From Desulfobaccales bacterium (lineage in GTDB: Bacteria > Desulfobacterota > Desulfobaccia > Desulfobaccales > 0-14-0-80-60-11), in the NCBI GenBank assembly GCA_044451265.1, contig JBIOJX010000001.1, positions 1,892 to 65,891 on the forward strand: 64,000 nucleotides of DNA, in the 5' to 3' direction. The position numbers and the translations under genes were made by a program. Within the stretch, counting starts at the first letter, position 1. Every line of letters begins with the position of its first letter. The notes beneath the pieces were generated by a model that worked only from the letters and a program-made list of their open reading frames with translations, was not told the DNA's origin and ran no database searches. Positions 1 to 8,973 of the stretch are shown here, one piece after another.

Positions 1-923
1 CCTTTTTGCATCTCCAGCCGGAAAACTCCCTCGGGGGTGAGGATGGCGTCGACGCCCTGGGCCTCCAGGAATTGGGACACGGGCCGGCCGAGTAGCAACT
101 CGGTGGCCGCCGGGGTCAAGTCCCATTCATTGATGAGCATCTGGCGCAGGTAGTGATCGAAGTGCAGGGCCTCGAACAGGACCTCGCTGGCTGCCTCCTG
201 CCCGGCGCTCAACTCTTTCAGGGCCCGGGCCACCTTGCCGTAGTCGCAGCGCACCGAATGCTCGCTGATCAGGTCCCAAATCTCCGGGACCCCTTCGAAC
301 AGGTGCTTTCGGGTCAGCAACTGGGCCACGGCCGGGGGCCGGGGGGGCTCGTTCCAGCAAACCTGGCGCCGGCATTGTTCCGGGCGGTCTGCATAGATGC
401 GGCAAGAATTGTTGGCGGCCAGGAAGAACCAGCACTGGCGGCTGCCGGGGATCTCCCGGACCTTCAGGCGCTCCTCCGGCAAAGCTTCCACCTGGCCGTC
501 CCGGGTGGTCACCTGCTCGCCGGGCCGCAAGGTATAAACGTCGTTCCAGGTAAGGATTTCCTGCTGGAATAGCGGCAGGTCGTGGGTGAGCAGGGTAGGG
601 CTGCCCAACTGGCAGCACTCGCCGCAGCGGATGCAGCTTTCGCCCACGGCCTGACGTCTCTCCCCGGCCGCGGTCATCAGGCGGCGCCAGGCGGCGCCCC
701 GGGCCGGGAGGGGCAGGCTGTTCCAGTGGTCATAGACCTCTTTAAAGCCGGCGGCCGCTTCGATCTGGCGGCGCAGAATCTTGAAGCGACCGCTTTGGGC
801 GGAGATTTGCAGGACGGCGGACAGATATTCCTCCCAGACGGAGGCCATCACCTCCCGGGTGCCCTTGGCCAGGGCCTCGCCGGGGTCTTCGTGGACCTTT
901 CCCATAAACTTTCTTGGTGACAT
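1..923 (-). CDS. YkgJ/UPF0153-type CxxCxxCC Fe-S/Zn-binding protein, partial (3' end outside window)
   Basis: Absent from the ORF track because it runs off the window. Reverse translation from ATG at 923 gives MSPRKFMGKVHEDPGEALAKG... with a CIRCGECC motif and later NSCRIYADRPEQC. No stop down to nt 1. Confidence 0.6.
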   Translation of the reverse strand, partial: MSPRKFMGKVHEDPGEALAKGTREVMASVWEEYLSAVLQISAQSGRFKILRRQIEAAAGFKEVYDHWNSLPLPARGAAWRRLMTAAGERRQAVGESCIRCGECCQLGSPTLLTHDLPLFQQEILTWNDVYTLRPGEQVTTRDGQVEALPEERLKVREIPGSRQCWFFLAANNSCRIYADRPEQCRRQVCWNEPPRPPAVAQLLTRKHLFEGVPEIWDLISEHSVRCDYGKVARALKELSAGQEAASEVLFEALHFDHYLRQMLINEWDLTPAATELLLGRPVSQFLEAQGVDAILTPEGVFRLEMQK

Positions 924-1078
924 GCAGATTCCTTGGATAGCTTTTTATGATTGCCGGGATTTTATCATTTTCCGGCGAATAATGCACCGGCGTCCCGCCT
1001 GGTCTGGCGCAGGCTAAAGCCTGCGGCTACAGAAAAACCTTATCTGATCTAGGGCGGCCTGTGGCCGCCGTCAGCAGG

Positions 1079-2047
1079 CTAGTTCCCTGCCGCCTGCAGA
1101 AAATTAACCAGGCCCAGCACCAGTTCGGTCATCGCCTCCAGGTCGAGGTTCGCCATCACGTCCCCCGGACCGTGATAGTGGGGGTTGCGCATAAAGGCGG
1201 TGTCGGTGAGCATCACCGCGGGGTAGCCGGCGTCCCAAAAATTGGCGTGATCGCTGAGCCTAACTTCGGGCAAGAACAGTTGGCCCCCCGGGGGCACGGC
1301 CAGGGAGACGGTGGGCAGGCGGCCGCCGCCTTTTAAGGCGGACTCCAGGCGCCTAAGCAATCCCCGGGAGCGCTGGTCGCTCACCAGGCCGAGAAAGTTG
1401 CCGGTGGTGGGGTAGCCCAGGAGGCGCAAAGCCAGGGGCAGTTCCTGGCTGTTGGGCTCGGTCCGGTAATAACCAACCATCTCCAGGCAGAGCATGCCCA
1501 GGACCTTGGCCTGGTTTTTCCGGGCCTGCTTGGCATAGACCCGGGAGCCCATGTAGGGAGTGGAAAAGGCCGGAGGCTCTTCGCAGGTGAAGCCAATGAA
1601 GGTCCAGGGGCTGGGCGGCGAGAGGCTTTTGGCCAGGCGGGCCACCTCCAGAAGCACGGCCACGCCGCTGGCGTTGTCGTCGGCGCCGGGAGTGCCGGCC
1701 ACCGTGTCGAAGTGCGCCCCCAGAATATAGTAGCCGCCGGGCGCGGGCTCCCCGGCGATAACGTTGCTCACCTCCTGCCGCAGGTAAGTGTAGCTCTGGC
1801 GGCGGGGCTGATAGTCCAGCCGCCGGAAGTTCTCGAAGACATAATCTGCGGCGGCCTGGAGGTTTTGGGGACGATAGATGGAGCGCTCCCCCAGCGAGAC
1901 GCTGAGGTATTCCAGATGGGTGGTGAGATTGGCGCGGATTTCGGTGCGGTTCATGGTTTCGGCATTTCCCGGGTTCGGGGTCCAAGAGAGCAGGATAGCG
2001 CAGCAACAAAGCAGAAAGATTGACAACTTGGGGAAATTAACAGCCAC
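1079..2047 (-). CDS. M28-family aminopeptidase, secreted
   Basis: 322-aa ORF. N-terminal signal-like helix; GAHFDTV...GADDNASGVAVLLEVARL metal-ligand motifs typical of peptidase M28. Confidence 0.85.
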   Translation of the reverse strand: MAVNFPKLSIFLLCCCAILLSWTPNPGNAETMNRTEIRANLTTHLEYLSVSLGERSIYRPQNLQAAADYVFENFRRLDYQPRRQSYTYLRQEVSNVIAGEPAPGGYYILGAHFDTVAGTPGADDNASGVAVLLEVARLAKSLSPPSPWTFIGFTCEEPPAFSTPYMGSRVYAKQARKNQAKVLGMLCLEMVGYYRTEPNSQELPLALRLLGYPTTGNFLGLVSDQRSRGLLRRLESALKGGGRLPTVSLAVPPGGQLFLPEVRLSDHANFWDAGYPAVMLTDTAFMRNPHYHGPGDVMANLDLEAMTELVLGLVNFLQAAGN

Positions 2048-2155
2048 AATTGGCAGTCCCTCTTAAAACGGCCTGCTCTTCCAAGGGGAGAAGGAAAAAT
2101 ATTACAGGCTGGAAGCCTGCGCTACCAAGGGCGGTTCGAGAACCGCCCCTACAGT

Positions 2156-2500
2156 TCAATCTGCCGAATCCAGAAAATGCAGCGCCAGCCACACGGTTTG
2201 CCGCCTAGGGTCGGTCCACTCCACCCGGTGGCGGCAATGGGCCGGAATGAGGAGATAATCACCCGGACTCAGCACCCGAATTTCGGTTTCCCCGGCGAAT
2301 AACAAGCCGGCACTCCCCGACAGCAGGACCACCCATTCGTGGGTCTCCTGGTCATACCACTGGCCGATAGGGGTGGCCTGGCCGGCGGAGACGATGCGTT
2401 CCAACTGAAAGCCAGGGGTTTTCAGGAGGATCTCGCTGAGCTCTGCGGGGATGCTCTCGGGAATCCCGGCGAAGAGATGGTTTATCGGCGGCTGGGGCAA
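2156..2500 (-). CDS. cupin-domain protein
   Basis: C-terminal part of the 176-aa ORF has cupin beta-barrel motifs (HEWVVLLSG...GDYLLIPAHCRHRV). The long N-terminal extension overlaps the neighbouring gene. TTG at 2500 preceded by GAGAGAGG is the likely start (start uncertain). Confidence 0.65.
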   Translation of the reverse strand: MPQPPINHLFAGIPESIPAELSEILLKTPGFQLERIVSAGQATPIGQWYDQETHEWVVLLSGSAGLLFAGETEIRVLSPGDYLLIPAHCRHRVEWTDPRRQTVWLALHFLDSAD

Positions 2501-2600
2501 GTAACCTCTCTCTCTTATCGAAAAATGCGTCAGGTGGGGCGGGCCTCGTGGCGCGGGCGTCCCCGCCCGCCCGCCGCCCAGTGACGGCCGCCCTACCAGC

Positions 2601-3725
2601 TTAAGATTTAGCTTCTCCGTCTTGGCAGCGCCCCAGACTCCAGTGTTGGACCCGTCCTGCGGCGTCCAGTTGCAGTTGCAGGACAAAGGGGAAATCCCGG
2701 CCCGGGACGCTGAAGCGCAGGTCCAGCCATTCCAGCAATTCGCCGTCGCTCCGGGGCTCCAGGCGGCGCAGCAGGGGGAAGCGGGCGAACTCCAGGTATT
2801 GATCCAGGATTTTTTGGGCCTCCGGGGGTCCGATCAGGTTCGGCGCCGGTAAACCGGTCCAGACCTGGACCTGCATCTCCCGCGGGCGCTGGTAGCCGCC
2901 GTTCGGCACCCGGCACCCGGCATGCACCGGTAGGCGGGTCGCCGGCGGTGCGGTCGACCGGGATTCCAGCCAAGCCAGATAAGGCAATAGTACGAAGCTC
3001 TGCTGCACTTCTTCGCAATTGGCGGCGACCAGCTGCCAGCGGCGGCAGGAAAAGGGCTGGGGCAGGGCGGCCACGGTCGTGGCTCCGGAATCGGTAGGGA
3101 AGACCTGCCAGGGCAGGGTTACGGTCTGTCGGCGTATCAGACTACCAGGGGGCCGTCCCAGCAAGGGAGTCTCAGGAAACACCTGTCGGGCCAGGGTCAG
3201 GGCCTGTTGGTGATAAAAGCCGCAGAGAAGAACATAGGCCCCGACCGCGGCCAGAAAGTAAGATCCGGCGGTGCGGCCCCAGATGGCCGAAGCTAAGGCG
3301 GCTATGGCGCCGAACAGCAGCAGACCGGTGAGATAAGGGTCAATAATGAAGAGCCAGTCCAGGGTGAAGCGTTGCCGGGAGAAGGGGAACAGGATTTGGG
3401 TGCCGTAAGAGGTGGCCAAGTCCAGGAGCAGGTGGCTGGCCAGGACCGCCAGCCCCAGGAAAAGCATGGGGCGAAACCAGCGGGGACCGCCCAGGGCCCG
3501 CCCCAGCGCGGCCCCCAGCAGGGCGAACAGGAACAGGGCCGCCAGGGAATGGGTAAAGCCCCGATGGTGGCGGATAAAGGCCAGACGGTCGGCAAAGATC
3601 ATGAAATAGTCGATGTCCGGCAACAGGGCGAAGGCCGCCCCGGCCAGGGCGCTCCAGCCCCGGGAGGGGCCGGGCATCACCTGGGAGATCAGGACTCCCG
3701 CGGCCACGTGGGTTACTGGATCCAT
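2601..3725 (-). CDS. membrane-bound metal-dependent hydrolase, YdjM/DUF457-like
   Basis: Internal start MDPVTHVAAGVLISQ..., HRGFTHSL motif, several hydrophobic helices. The upstream 35 codons of the track ORF are probably not translated. Confidence 0.6.
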   Translation of the reverse strand: MDPVTHVAAGVLISQVMPGPSRGWSALAGAAFALLPDIDYFMIFADRLAFIRHHRGFTHSLAALFLFALLGAALGRALGGPRWFRPMLFLGLAVLASHLLLDLATSYGTQILFPFSRQRFTLDWLFIIDPYLTGLLLFGAIAALASAIWGRTAGSYFLAAVGAYVLLCGFYHQQALTLARQVFPETPLLGRPPGSLIRRQTVTLPWQVFPTDSGATTVAALPQPFSCRRWQLVAANCEEVQQSFVLLPYLAWLESRSTAPPATRLPVHAGCRVPNGGYQRPREMQVQVWTGLPAPNLIGPPEAQKILDQYLEFARFPLLRRLEPRSDGELLEWLDLRFSVPGRDFPFVLQLQLDAAGRVQHWSLGRCQDGEAKS

Positions 3726-5395
3726 GGCCACCTGCCGGTCTGGGTGCCGTAATGGGGGAAGTGGCGCAGCAGGTCCTCCTTCAGGTCCAGGGCGTGCGGA
3801 TAGCGTTCCTCCACGTTTTTCTTCAGGCACCTCAGGATAATCGCCTCCAGAGGGGCGGGAATCTCGGGGTTCAGCTCCCGGGGCGGTTCGGGCTCCTGCT
3901 CCAGGATCAGGTCGATGAGCAGCTTTTCCACCTCGCTGTAGAAAGGCAGTTCCCCGGTGTACAACAGATACATGAGCACCCCAATGGCCCAGATGTCGCT
4001 GCGCCGTTCACTCTTGCCCATGATCTGCTCCGGGGCCATGAAGGGGCGGGAGCCCACCATGGTGGCGCTGATGTCTTTGTCGCCCAGGATCTTGGCGGCG
4101 CCGAAATCGAGCAGCTTCAGGGTGCCGTCCGGCTGGATGATAATGTTGTTGGGCTTGATATCCCGGTGCATGACCCGGTGGCGGTGGGCGTGGGAGACCA
4201 CGTCGATGAGCTGTAAGATGATGCGTTCCACCAGGGGCCGGGGCAACTCCTGCTCCAGCATGTCCCCCAGGGTTTTGCCTTCGACGTACTCCTGGATCAG
4301 GATCAGTCGGCCCTCGTTTTCGACCTGATCCACCAGCTTCACCACCCCGGGGTGGGGAGCCAGCCGGGTGCAGATGGCCGCCTCCTTGCGGAATTTGACG
4401 TTGGCCGCCTTGAGAAAGGGGATCTTGGCGACAAAGCGGCGATTCGCCCCCACGGCTTCGGTATCCAGCACCAGCCAGACCTCGCCGAAACTCCCTTGCC
4501 CCAGCTTTTCGAGCTTTTCATAGCGGCCGCCGAGGAGCGGGGTCAACCGGAGCAGGGACAGGTAGTCCCGGGCGCTGGGAATCAGATGATCTACCAGCCC
4601 CTGGATGGCCTGGCGCAGGGGAGAGGGGGAGCCCACCGGCCGCACCTGGAAACTGCGCACCTCCGGGGATACGGGCAGGGTCAGATTGTTCAGCAGGACC
4701 GTCATGGGCTGGCCGGCTCGGTTGGTCAGGCGCACCTTGACATGGTCGGTGTCGGCCGCGCCGGACTGGACCTGGCGGAAGCGCTCCCGGTCCTCCGGGC
4801 CATAAAGCAGTTCCTCGACGGAGAGGGGGTCGGCCGCACCGGCGGTGGAGTAGCCCAAAAAGCGCCGCAGGGCGGGATTGAGCCGGCAGGAATCACCGCC
4901 TGGCGGGCAGAAGAACAGGGGATGGCTGGTTTCCCGGAAAAGGCGGGAAAATTCCTGGGGGGATTCCGCGAGGAGCCGCCGGTCGGCCTGGAGCCGCAAC
5001 ACCACCCGGATGCGGGCCAACACCTCGGCGGGCTTGAAGGGTGCCGCCAGGTATTCGTCGGCTCCGGCCTCCAACGCCCAGGCCGCGGTGGTTTCGGAGA
5101 AACGGGGCAGGGCCACGACCACGGGCACCTCCCGCAAGACCTCATCCTTCTTGAAGTCGTGGATCAGGCCATGTATCCGCGGCAGGTCGTCCAGGATAAT
5201 CACGAGATCAGGCGGGCGCTCCCGGGCCTGGGCCAGAAGTTCCTCGGCAAGACTGAGGCGCACCGGGTAACCGTTGCCGCTAAGGATGTCCGCCAACTTC
5301 TGGCGGGCCTTGTTGGCCGGCCCGGCGACAAGAACCGAAATCTCTGTGGCCACCCGGAACCTCTGCAGGCTGGATTTTTCATCAATTAGAGACAT
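3713..5395 (-). CDS. receiver-like domain / PAS-like linker / Ser-Thr protein kinase fusion
   Basis: GQGSFGEVWLV (Gly loop), VAKIP, HRDIKPNNIII, DFGAAK, APE motifs in the C-terminal half; N-terminal CheY-like fold (DLVIILDD...KP). The track start at 5422 is TTG without an SD; ATG at 5395 is preferred. Confidence 0.85.
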   Translation of the reverse strand: MSLIDEKSSLQRFRVATEISVLVAGPANKARQKLADILSGNGYPVRLSLAEELLAQARERPPDLVIILDDLPRIHGLIHDFKKDEVLREVPVVVALPRFSETTAAWALEAGADEYLAAPFKPAEVLARIRVVLRLQADRRLLAESPQEFSRLFRETSHPLFFCPPGGDSCRLNPALRRFLGYSTAGAADPLSVEELLYGPEDRERFRQVQSGAADTDHVKVRLTNRAGQPMTVLLNNLTLPVSPEVRSFQVRPVGSPSPLRQAIQGLVDHLIPSARDYLSLLRLTPLLGGRYEKLEKLGQGSFGEVWLVLDTEAVGANRRFVAKIPFLKAANVKFRKEAAICTRLAPHPGVVKLVDQVENEGRLILIQEYVEGKTLGDMLEQELPRPLVERIILQLIDVVSHAHRHRVMHRDIKPNNIIIQPDGTLKLLDFGAAKILGDKDISATMVGSRPFMAPEQIMGKSERRSDIWAIGVLMYLLYTGELPFYSEVEKLLIDLILEQEPEPPRELNPEIPAPLEAIILRCLKKNVEERYPHALDLKEDLLRHFPHYGTQTGRWPWIQ

Positions 5396-5564
5396 TTTCC
5401 CAATAACCGGGGGATTTGGCAAGGAGATAGGGTAAGAATTTTAAATATTTCGGGGGTGCAGGGTAGGCAGCAGCCGGGATAGGAACGCCATGGGTAAATC
5501 CAGACGATGTCCAGGCGTCATGCGGGCCGGAGAGTTTTTTCGCCCACAAATGGCGCTGAGGGTC

Positions 5565-5593
5565 TTGACAAAAACCCGAGAGCGGGATAAACA
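5565..5593 (+). promoter_or_regulatory. sigma-70-like promoter for tRNA-Phe
   Basis: TTGACA (5565-5570), 17-nt spacer, TAAACA (5588-5593), 11 nt upstream of the tRNA 5' end. Confidence 0.4.
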
Positions 5594-5604
5594 ACTTATC
5601 GGTC

Positions 5605-5680
5605 GGCGGGGTAGCTCAGTCGGTAGAGCAGGGGACTGAAAATCCCCGTGTCGGCAGTTCGATTCTGTCCCCCGCCACCA
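5605..5680 (+). tRNA. tRNA-Phe (anticodon GAA)
   Basis: Cloverleaf read by eye: acceptor GGCGGGG/CCCCGCC, D arm GCTC-AGTCGGTA-GAGC, anticodon stem-loop GGGGA-CTGAAAA-TCCCC, T arm GGCAG-TTCGATT-CTGTC, encoded CCA. Confidence 0.95.
5636..5680 (+). repeat. attL core: 45-nt 3' part of tRNA-Phe, repeated perfectly at 61701-61745
   Basis: ctgaaaatccccgtgtcggcagttcgattctgtcccccgccacca is identical at both positions, same orientation. Confidence 0.85.
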
Positions 5681-5699
5681 GTGATTTCAATGGGTTAGC

Positions 5700-6941
5700 C
5701 TAAATCGGCTGCCCTTTTTTTATGCCTTGGTCAACGTTTTGGTCAACACTTGCCAAAATAAGTTGACCAGCTAACCACTCGGTGTATCTATCCATGGCCC
5801 GGTGAAGGTCGTCCTCAGAGGGGGCCAGATAGTGAATGTCCATCCCCTGCAAGCTATGGCCCAAGATCAGGTCCCGATGCACCTTATCAACACCAGCATT
5901 CAACATATTGGTCTTGACCGTCCGCCGGAAGTCGTGGAAGGTGATCCCGTTTGGTTTATTGTGGCCCTGGGGGATTCCGGCCCTTGTGCAAGCTGTGATG
6001 AAAGATTTTTTGAATCCGCCATTTGTTCCTATGGGTTCACCCTTATAGGTGAACACAAAATCATGGTGGATAGTCCGGGTAAGTCCTGCCAGGACCTCTT
6101 TAACGTGGTGATTCATGGGAATAATCTTAGCGCGGCTCTCTTTGGTCACGTCAGCCGGAAGTCTGATAACCCCTTTTTCCCGGTCGATATGTGACCATCG
6201 CAACCCCAGGAGTTCGCCGGTCCTCATCCCGGTATTAAAAGCCGTGGTGATGATCCCCTTTAGGTGTGGGGCGGCCACGTCCACCAGCCGAAGATATTCA
6301 TCCACGGTCAGGGTCCGTTTTCTGGCATTGTCTCCCCGTCTCAATTTTCTCTTGACCCGCCGGAATGCCTTGACCGTCCTACCATCCACCAGGTCGTTAT
6401 CGAATGCCTTAGTTATCATGGTCTTGGTAATGCTGATCTCCATGTCGATGGTAGCCGCGGCCCGGCCTTCCTCTTCCCGCTTCTCCTGGTACTCTTCCAG
6501 GTCTTGCAGTTTAATGCTGCTTACAATCCGGCTACCGAAAACTTCATTGAAGTTTTTCGAAATCGCCTGAATCCGCCGATAGGAAGCAAGTTTCTTGACG
6601 GTTTTCTGTTCAAGATACCAATCTGAAAGTTTGGCAAAGGTCATTTTCTCGGCGGGTACTTTTGCCAGAATGCCAGGGTTTTCAAACTTTTGGGCTTTGC
6701 GCTTGCCCTCCGCTGCCCTGGCTTCTTCGATTCCGGCCGGCCGACCCGACCCATCAGGGAGATTCCCCACAAATTCCCGGCGCTGCTGGCCATTGGGCAG
6801 CCGGTAGTTTACCCAATAGCGCACCTTCTGCCTGCGCTTGGCCTTCACCAGGTCTTCACCACAGGCACAGAGGCGGTTCTTGACCGCCTGTTTCTTGTGG
6901 CAGAGCGGGCATTCAGCTAAAATTGCCATTAGTCCTTTCAC
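5700..6941 (-). CDS. int: tyrosine-type site-specific integrase
   Basis: 413 aa. N-terminal CPLCHKK..CACG zinc-finger-like region, SAM-like core-binding region, C-terminal catalytic region with R (MRTGELLGLRW), HDFRRT and LGHSLQGMDIHY (catalytic Tyr). Confidence 0.9.
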   Translation of the reverse strand: MKGLMAILAECPLCHKKQAVKNRLCACGEDLVKAKRRQKVRYWVNYRLPNGQQRREFVGNLPDGSGRPAGIEEARAAEGKRKAQKFENPGILAKVPAEKMTFAKLSDWYLEQKTVKKLASYRRIQAISKNFNEVFGSRIVSSIKLQDLEEYQEKREEEGRAAATIDMEISITKTMITKAFDNDLVDGRTVKAFRRVKRKLRRGDNARKRTLTVDEYLRLVDVAAPHLKGIITTAFNTGMRTGELLGLRWSHIDREKGVIRLPADVTKESRAKIIPMNHHVKEVLAGLTRTIHHDFVFTYKGEPIGTNGGFKKSFITACTRAGIPQGHNKPNGITFHDFRRTVKTNMLNAGVDKVHRDLILGHSLQGMDIHYLAPSEDDLHRAMDRYTEWLAGQLILASVDQNVDQGIKKGQPI

Positions 6942-7116
6942 CCCCTTTTAAAAAAGTTTCCAGGTCGCTTTCTCGGACCCGCCACAGGCGGCCTACCTTC
7001 ACGCCCTTTAGCTTCCCACTCCTAAGCCAATTACCCACAGTCAAGCGGCTTATATGTAGCCGCATGGCTACATCTTCCGGGGTCAAAAGGTTATCTTGGG
7101 CTTGGTTCTCGGACAT
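6913..7116 (-). CDS. xis: excisionase-family helix-turn-helix DNA-binding protein
   Basis: 67 aa: LLTPEDVAMRLHISRLTVGNWLRSGKLKGVKVGRLWRVRESDLETFL, typical HTH_17/excisionase pattern. Overlaps the integrase start. Confidence 0.8.
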   Translation of the reverse strand: MSENQAQDNLLTPEDVAMRLHISRLTVGNWLRSGKLKGVKVGRLWRVRESDLETFLKGGERTNGNFS

Positions 7117-7302
7117 AGGGGCAGGCTCCCTGCTCTTGTTTTGCTTATCCTAAGTCAACTAAAGTTAATTGTAAATACGTTTGATTAATTATTCGTATAA
7201 AAATAGGCAGGGTGAAAAACTTCCCGGCCCTCTGTTCTTGATGGTAAATTCGCTTTGTCGCCCTACCTAGGCCTATTCTCTATGCCCTTCCCCCTTATCG
7301 CC

Positions 7303-7776
7303 TCAAATTGGAGGCGTTTTCCTGTCTTCTACCCCGTCAATTTGAGATTTAAAACGGTTGGCCGAACCCCGTTTTACCAGTTCCGCCTTTTGCTCTGAGG
7401 TCAACAGCCGTTTTTTCTTCGCCCCACCCATTTCCGCCGCGGTCGGCAGGGCCTCTTGGGTGAAGTAGAGTTCGGCTTCGCCCTCAAAATGGAAATCGGC
7501 CTTGATGAATCCGGGGGCGTCCTTGATGGCCTCGTAAATATTCCGGGCCATTTTAACCCGGTCTATCCAGAGTTTGAAGGTCAGGGGTTGGATGGATTGC
7601 ACCCCGATAAAGCCGCCTTTCACCGGGATGCGTTCGTACCAAACGCGATTAGGCTCCCGTTCTTCCGCCAGTTCGTGATAATAGGAAGGATCTAAATCAA
7701 AGCGGTAGCGGCTGCCCATGATTTTAGCAAGATGGAATCGGCCTTTACGGGTCGTGGTTCTGGTATTTTCAGCCAT
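7303..7776 (-). CDS. hypothetical protein (island cargo)
   Basis: 157-aa ORF with ordinary amino-acid composition, no motif recognised. The start may be the internal ATG at 7719, because the divergent neighbour begins only 2 nt away. Confidence 0.45.
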   Translation of the reverse strand: MAENTRTTTRKGRFHLAKIMGSRYRFDLDPSYYHELAEEREPNRVWYERIPVKGGFIGVQSIQPLTFKLWIDRVKMARNIYEAIKDAPGFIKADFHFEGEAELYFTQEALPTAAEMGGAKKKRLLTSEQKAELVKRGSANRFKSQIDGVEDRKTPPI

Positions 7777-7778
7777 TT

Positions 7779-8300
7779 TTGGTAGGAGTATCTATTCTGA
7801 GAATTGCCGCCATAAATCCCCCAGGCCAAAGGATACGGTATCCACATGGCGGTTACCGCTCGTCGATACTGACCGAGGCGCAACGCCTCTCTATCCTGGA
7901 CAAAATTGCCAGCCTGGTCGACGAAAACCTATGTGGCCGCTCCGAGATGTGCATACAATTTGCAAATCTCCTTTCACGCGCACTCACCCATCTCGGATTT
8001 CCAGGACGCCCTGTTCTCGGGACGGCAATTTATTACGACAATAAAGGGAGCGAGATTTTTAGGTGGAAACATGCCTGGGTTCGGGTTGGAGAAGAGGTAA
8101 TCGATGGAAACGTCGATTGCCTGTCCGAGAATCCTATGGTTCCTTCCTCCGTCAACATTGCCCCATATTGGGGGCCTATAAAAAAAACCCCGGCTGACAG
8201 AAAACTCCGTGAGGATCGCGAAGCAAAATTAAATCCCGATAGTGATGTCGAAGATATCTGGTGGCCAGAGCTACTGACTTTGCTCGATGAGACACAATAA
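7779..8300 (+). CDS. transglutaminase-like (Cys-His-Asp) superfamily protein, hypothetical
   Basis: CGRSEMC ... KHAWVRV ... DGNVD spacing resembles a papain/transglutaminase-like core. TTG start uncertain; lower GC than surroundings. Confidence 0.45.
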   Translation: MVGVSILRIAAINPPGQRIRYPHGGYRSSILTEAQRLSILDKIASLVDENLCGRSEMCIQFANLLSRALTHLGFPGRPVLGTAIYYDNKGSEIFRWKHAWVRVGEEVIDGNVDCLSENPMVPSSVNIAPYWGPIKKTPADRKLREDREAKLNPDSDVEDIWWPELLTLLDETQ

Positions 8301-8310
8301 ACTGGACAAA

Positions 8311-8500
8311 ATGACAAATTCCCGGAAAAACCACACCGGCAGCGAGGTCGAAAAGCTCTTGGCCGCCGCCAAGGGCAGCCGGAACGAGGTCCACGACCGC
8401 TCCTCATGCTCCTGATGTTTCGGCACGGATTGCGCGTGTCGAAGTCGTGCGGCCTTGAAGGACAAGGACCCGCATTAGTCGCGGAAAGATTTTAGCCGCA
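8311..8500 (+). pseudogene. N-terminal fragment of a small tyrosine recombinase (FimB/XerD-like), frameshifted and truncated
   Basis: MTNSRKNHTGSEVEKLLAAAKGSRNEVHDR then, after a +1 shift, LLMLLMFRHGLRVSKS.. This matches the ..RDR.LLLL.YRHGLRVSE.. arm-region pattern of recombinases. No catalytic domain follows. Confidence 0.5.
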
Positions 8501-8973
8501 TCAAGTCGCCCAAGACATAGACTCCAAGACACACTATACAGGGGTTTTCTTATCCTGCAAAGTGGTTGGACTACGACCCGGCTGCCCGTCTCCCCCGTAA
8601 GCCGTGATCCCGGCTTTTTGCAGGCGACCGGCATCAGCCCTTCCTTGAGCCTCTTATCCTGTTGCCGCCCATGTGTATGCTCAGGCGACGTGACCTCTTC
8701 ACCAGGCCGAGGCCCAGGAGCAACCCACAACCTTCCTGGGAGCGCCGTAGACGGCCCTGGGTGAACGCTCAGGGCTGACTCCTCCTCCCCTTGGCGCTGG
8801 TGTGCTGGCCGATGAGCTGAGATATATTGACTATGTGCCCCTACGGGCTTGAAGGCAACGGAAGCCGAAAAATGATAGAGAAAGCGGCTGGGCCGGCCAA
8901 CAAAGTACACATATGGATTGGGTATCGAAGCATTTTAGCAGGACCCAAAGTATTGAAGATATAGCAGATATAT

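Noticed and set aside
127-920. Track ORFs 127-618(-), 153-572(+), 582-920(+) and 742-987(-) at the left edge.
   Set aside because: They are superseded by an unlisted minus-strand frame, open from 923 to nt 1, that encodes a coherent CxxCxxCC-motif protein. The listed ORFs are low-complexity alternative frames.
4352-5389. Long ORFs antisense to well-supported genes: 4352-5389. Also 18475-19521, 19536-20225, 27648-28877, 42155-42571, 48869-49519, 50835-51707, 52762-53523, 56227-57090, 57196-57789, 58050-58586, and many shorter ones.
   Set aside because: Their translations are Gly/Arg/Pro/Ala/His-rich low-complexity sequence, typical of antisense frames in GC-rich DNA. The opposite strand carries clear catalytic motifs (kinase, SufB/D, SufC, Lpd, EBP, Fe-S subunit, molybdoenzyme).
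5382-5594. 70-aa minus-strand ORF immediately upstream of tRNA-Phe.
   Set aside because: It overlaps the predicted tRNA promoter and has no SD or motif. It is most likely an intergenic artefact.
8404-8910. 168-aa minus-strand ORF in the gap between the recombinase fragment and the Usp gene.
   Set aside because: No SD, biased composition (P/G/R/S-rich) and no recognisable motif. Treated as non-coding or decayed DNA.
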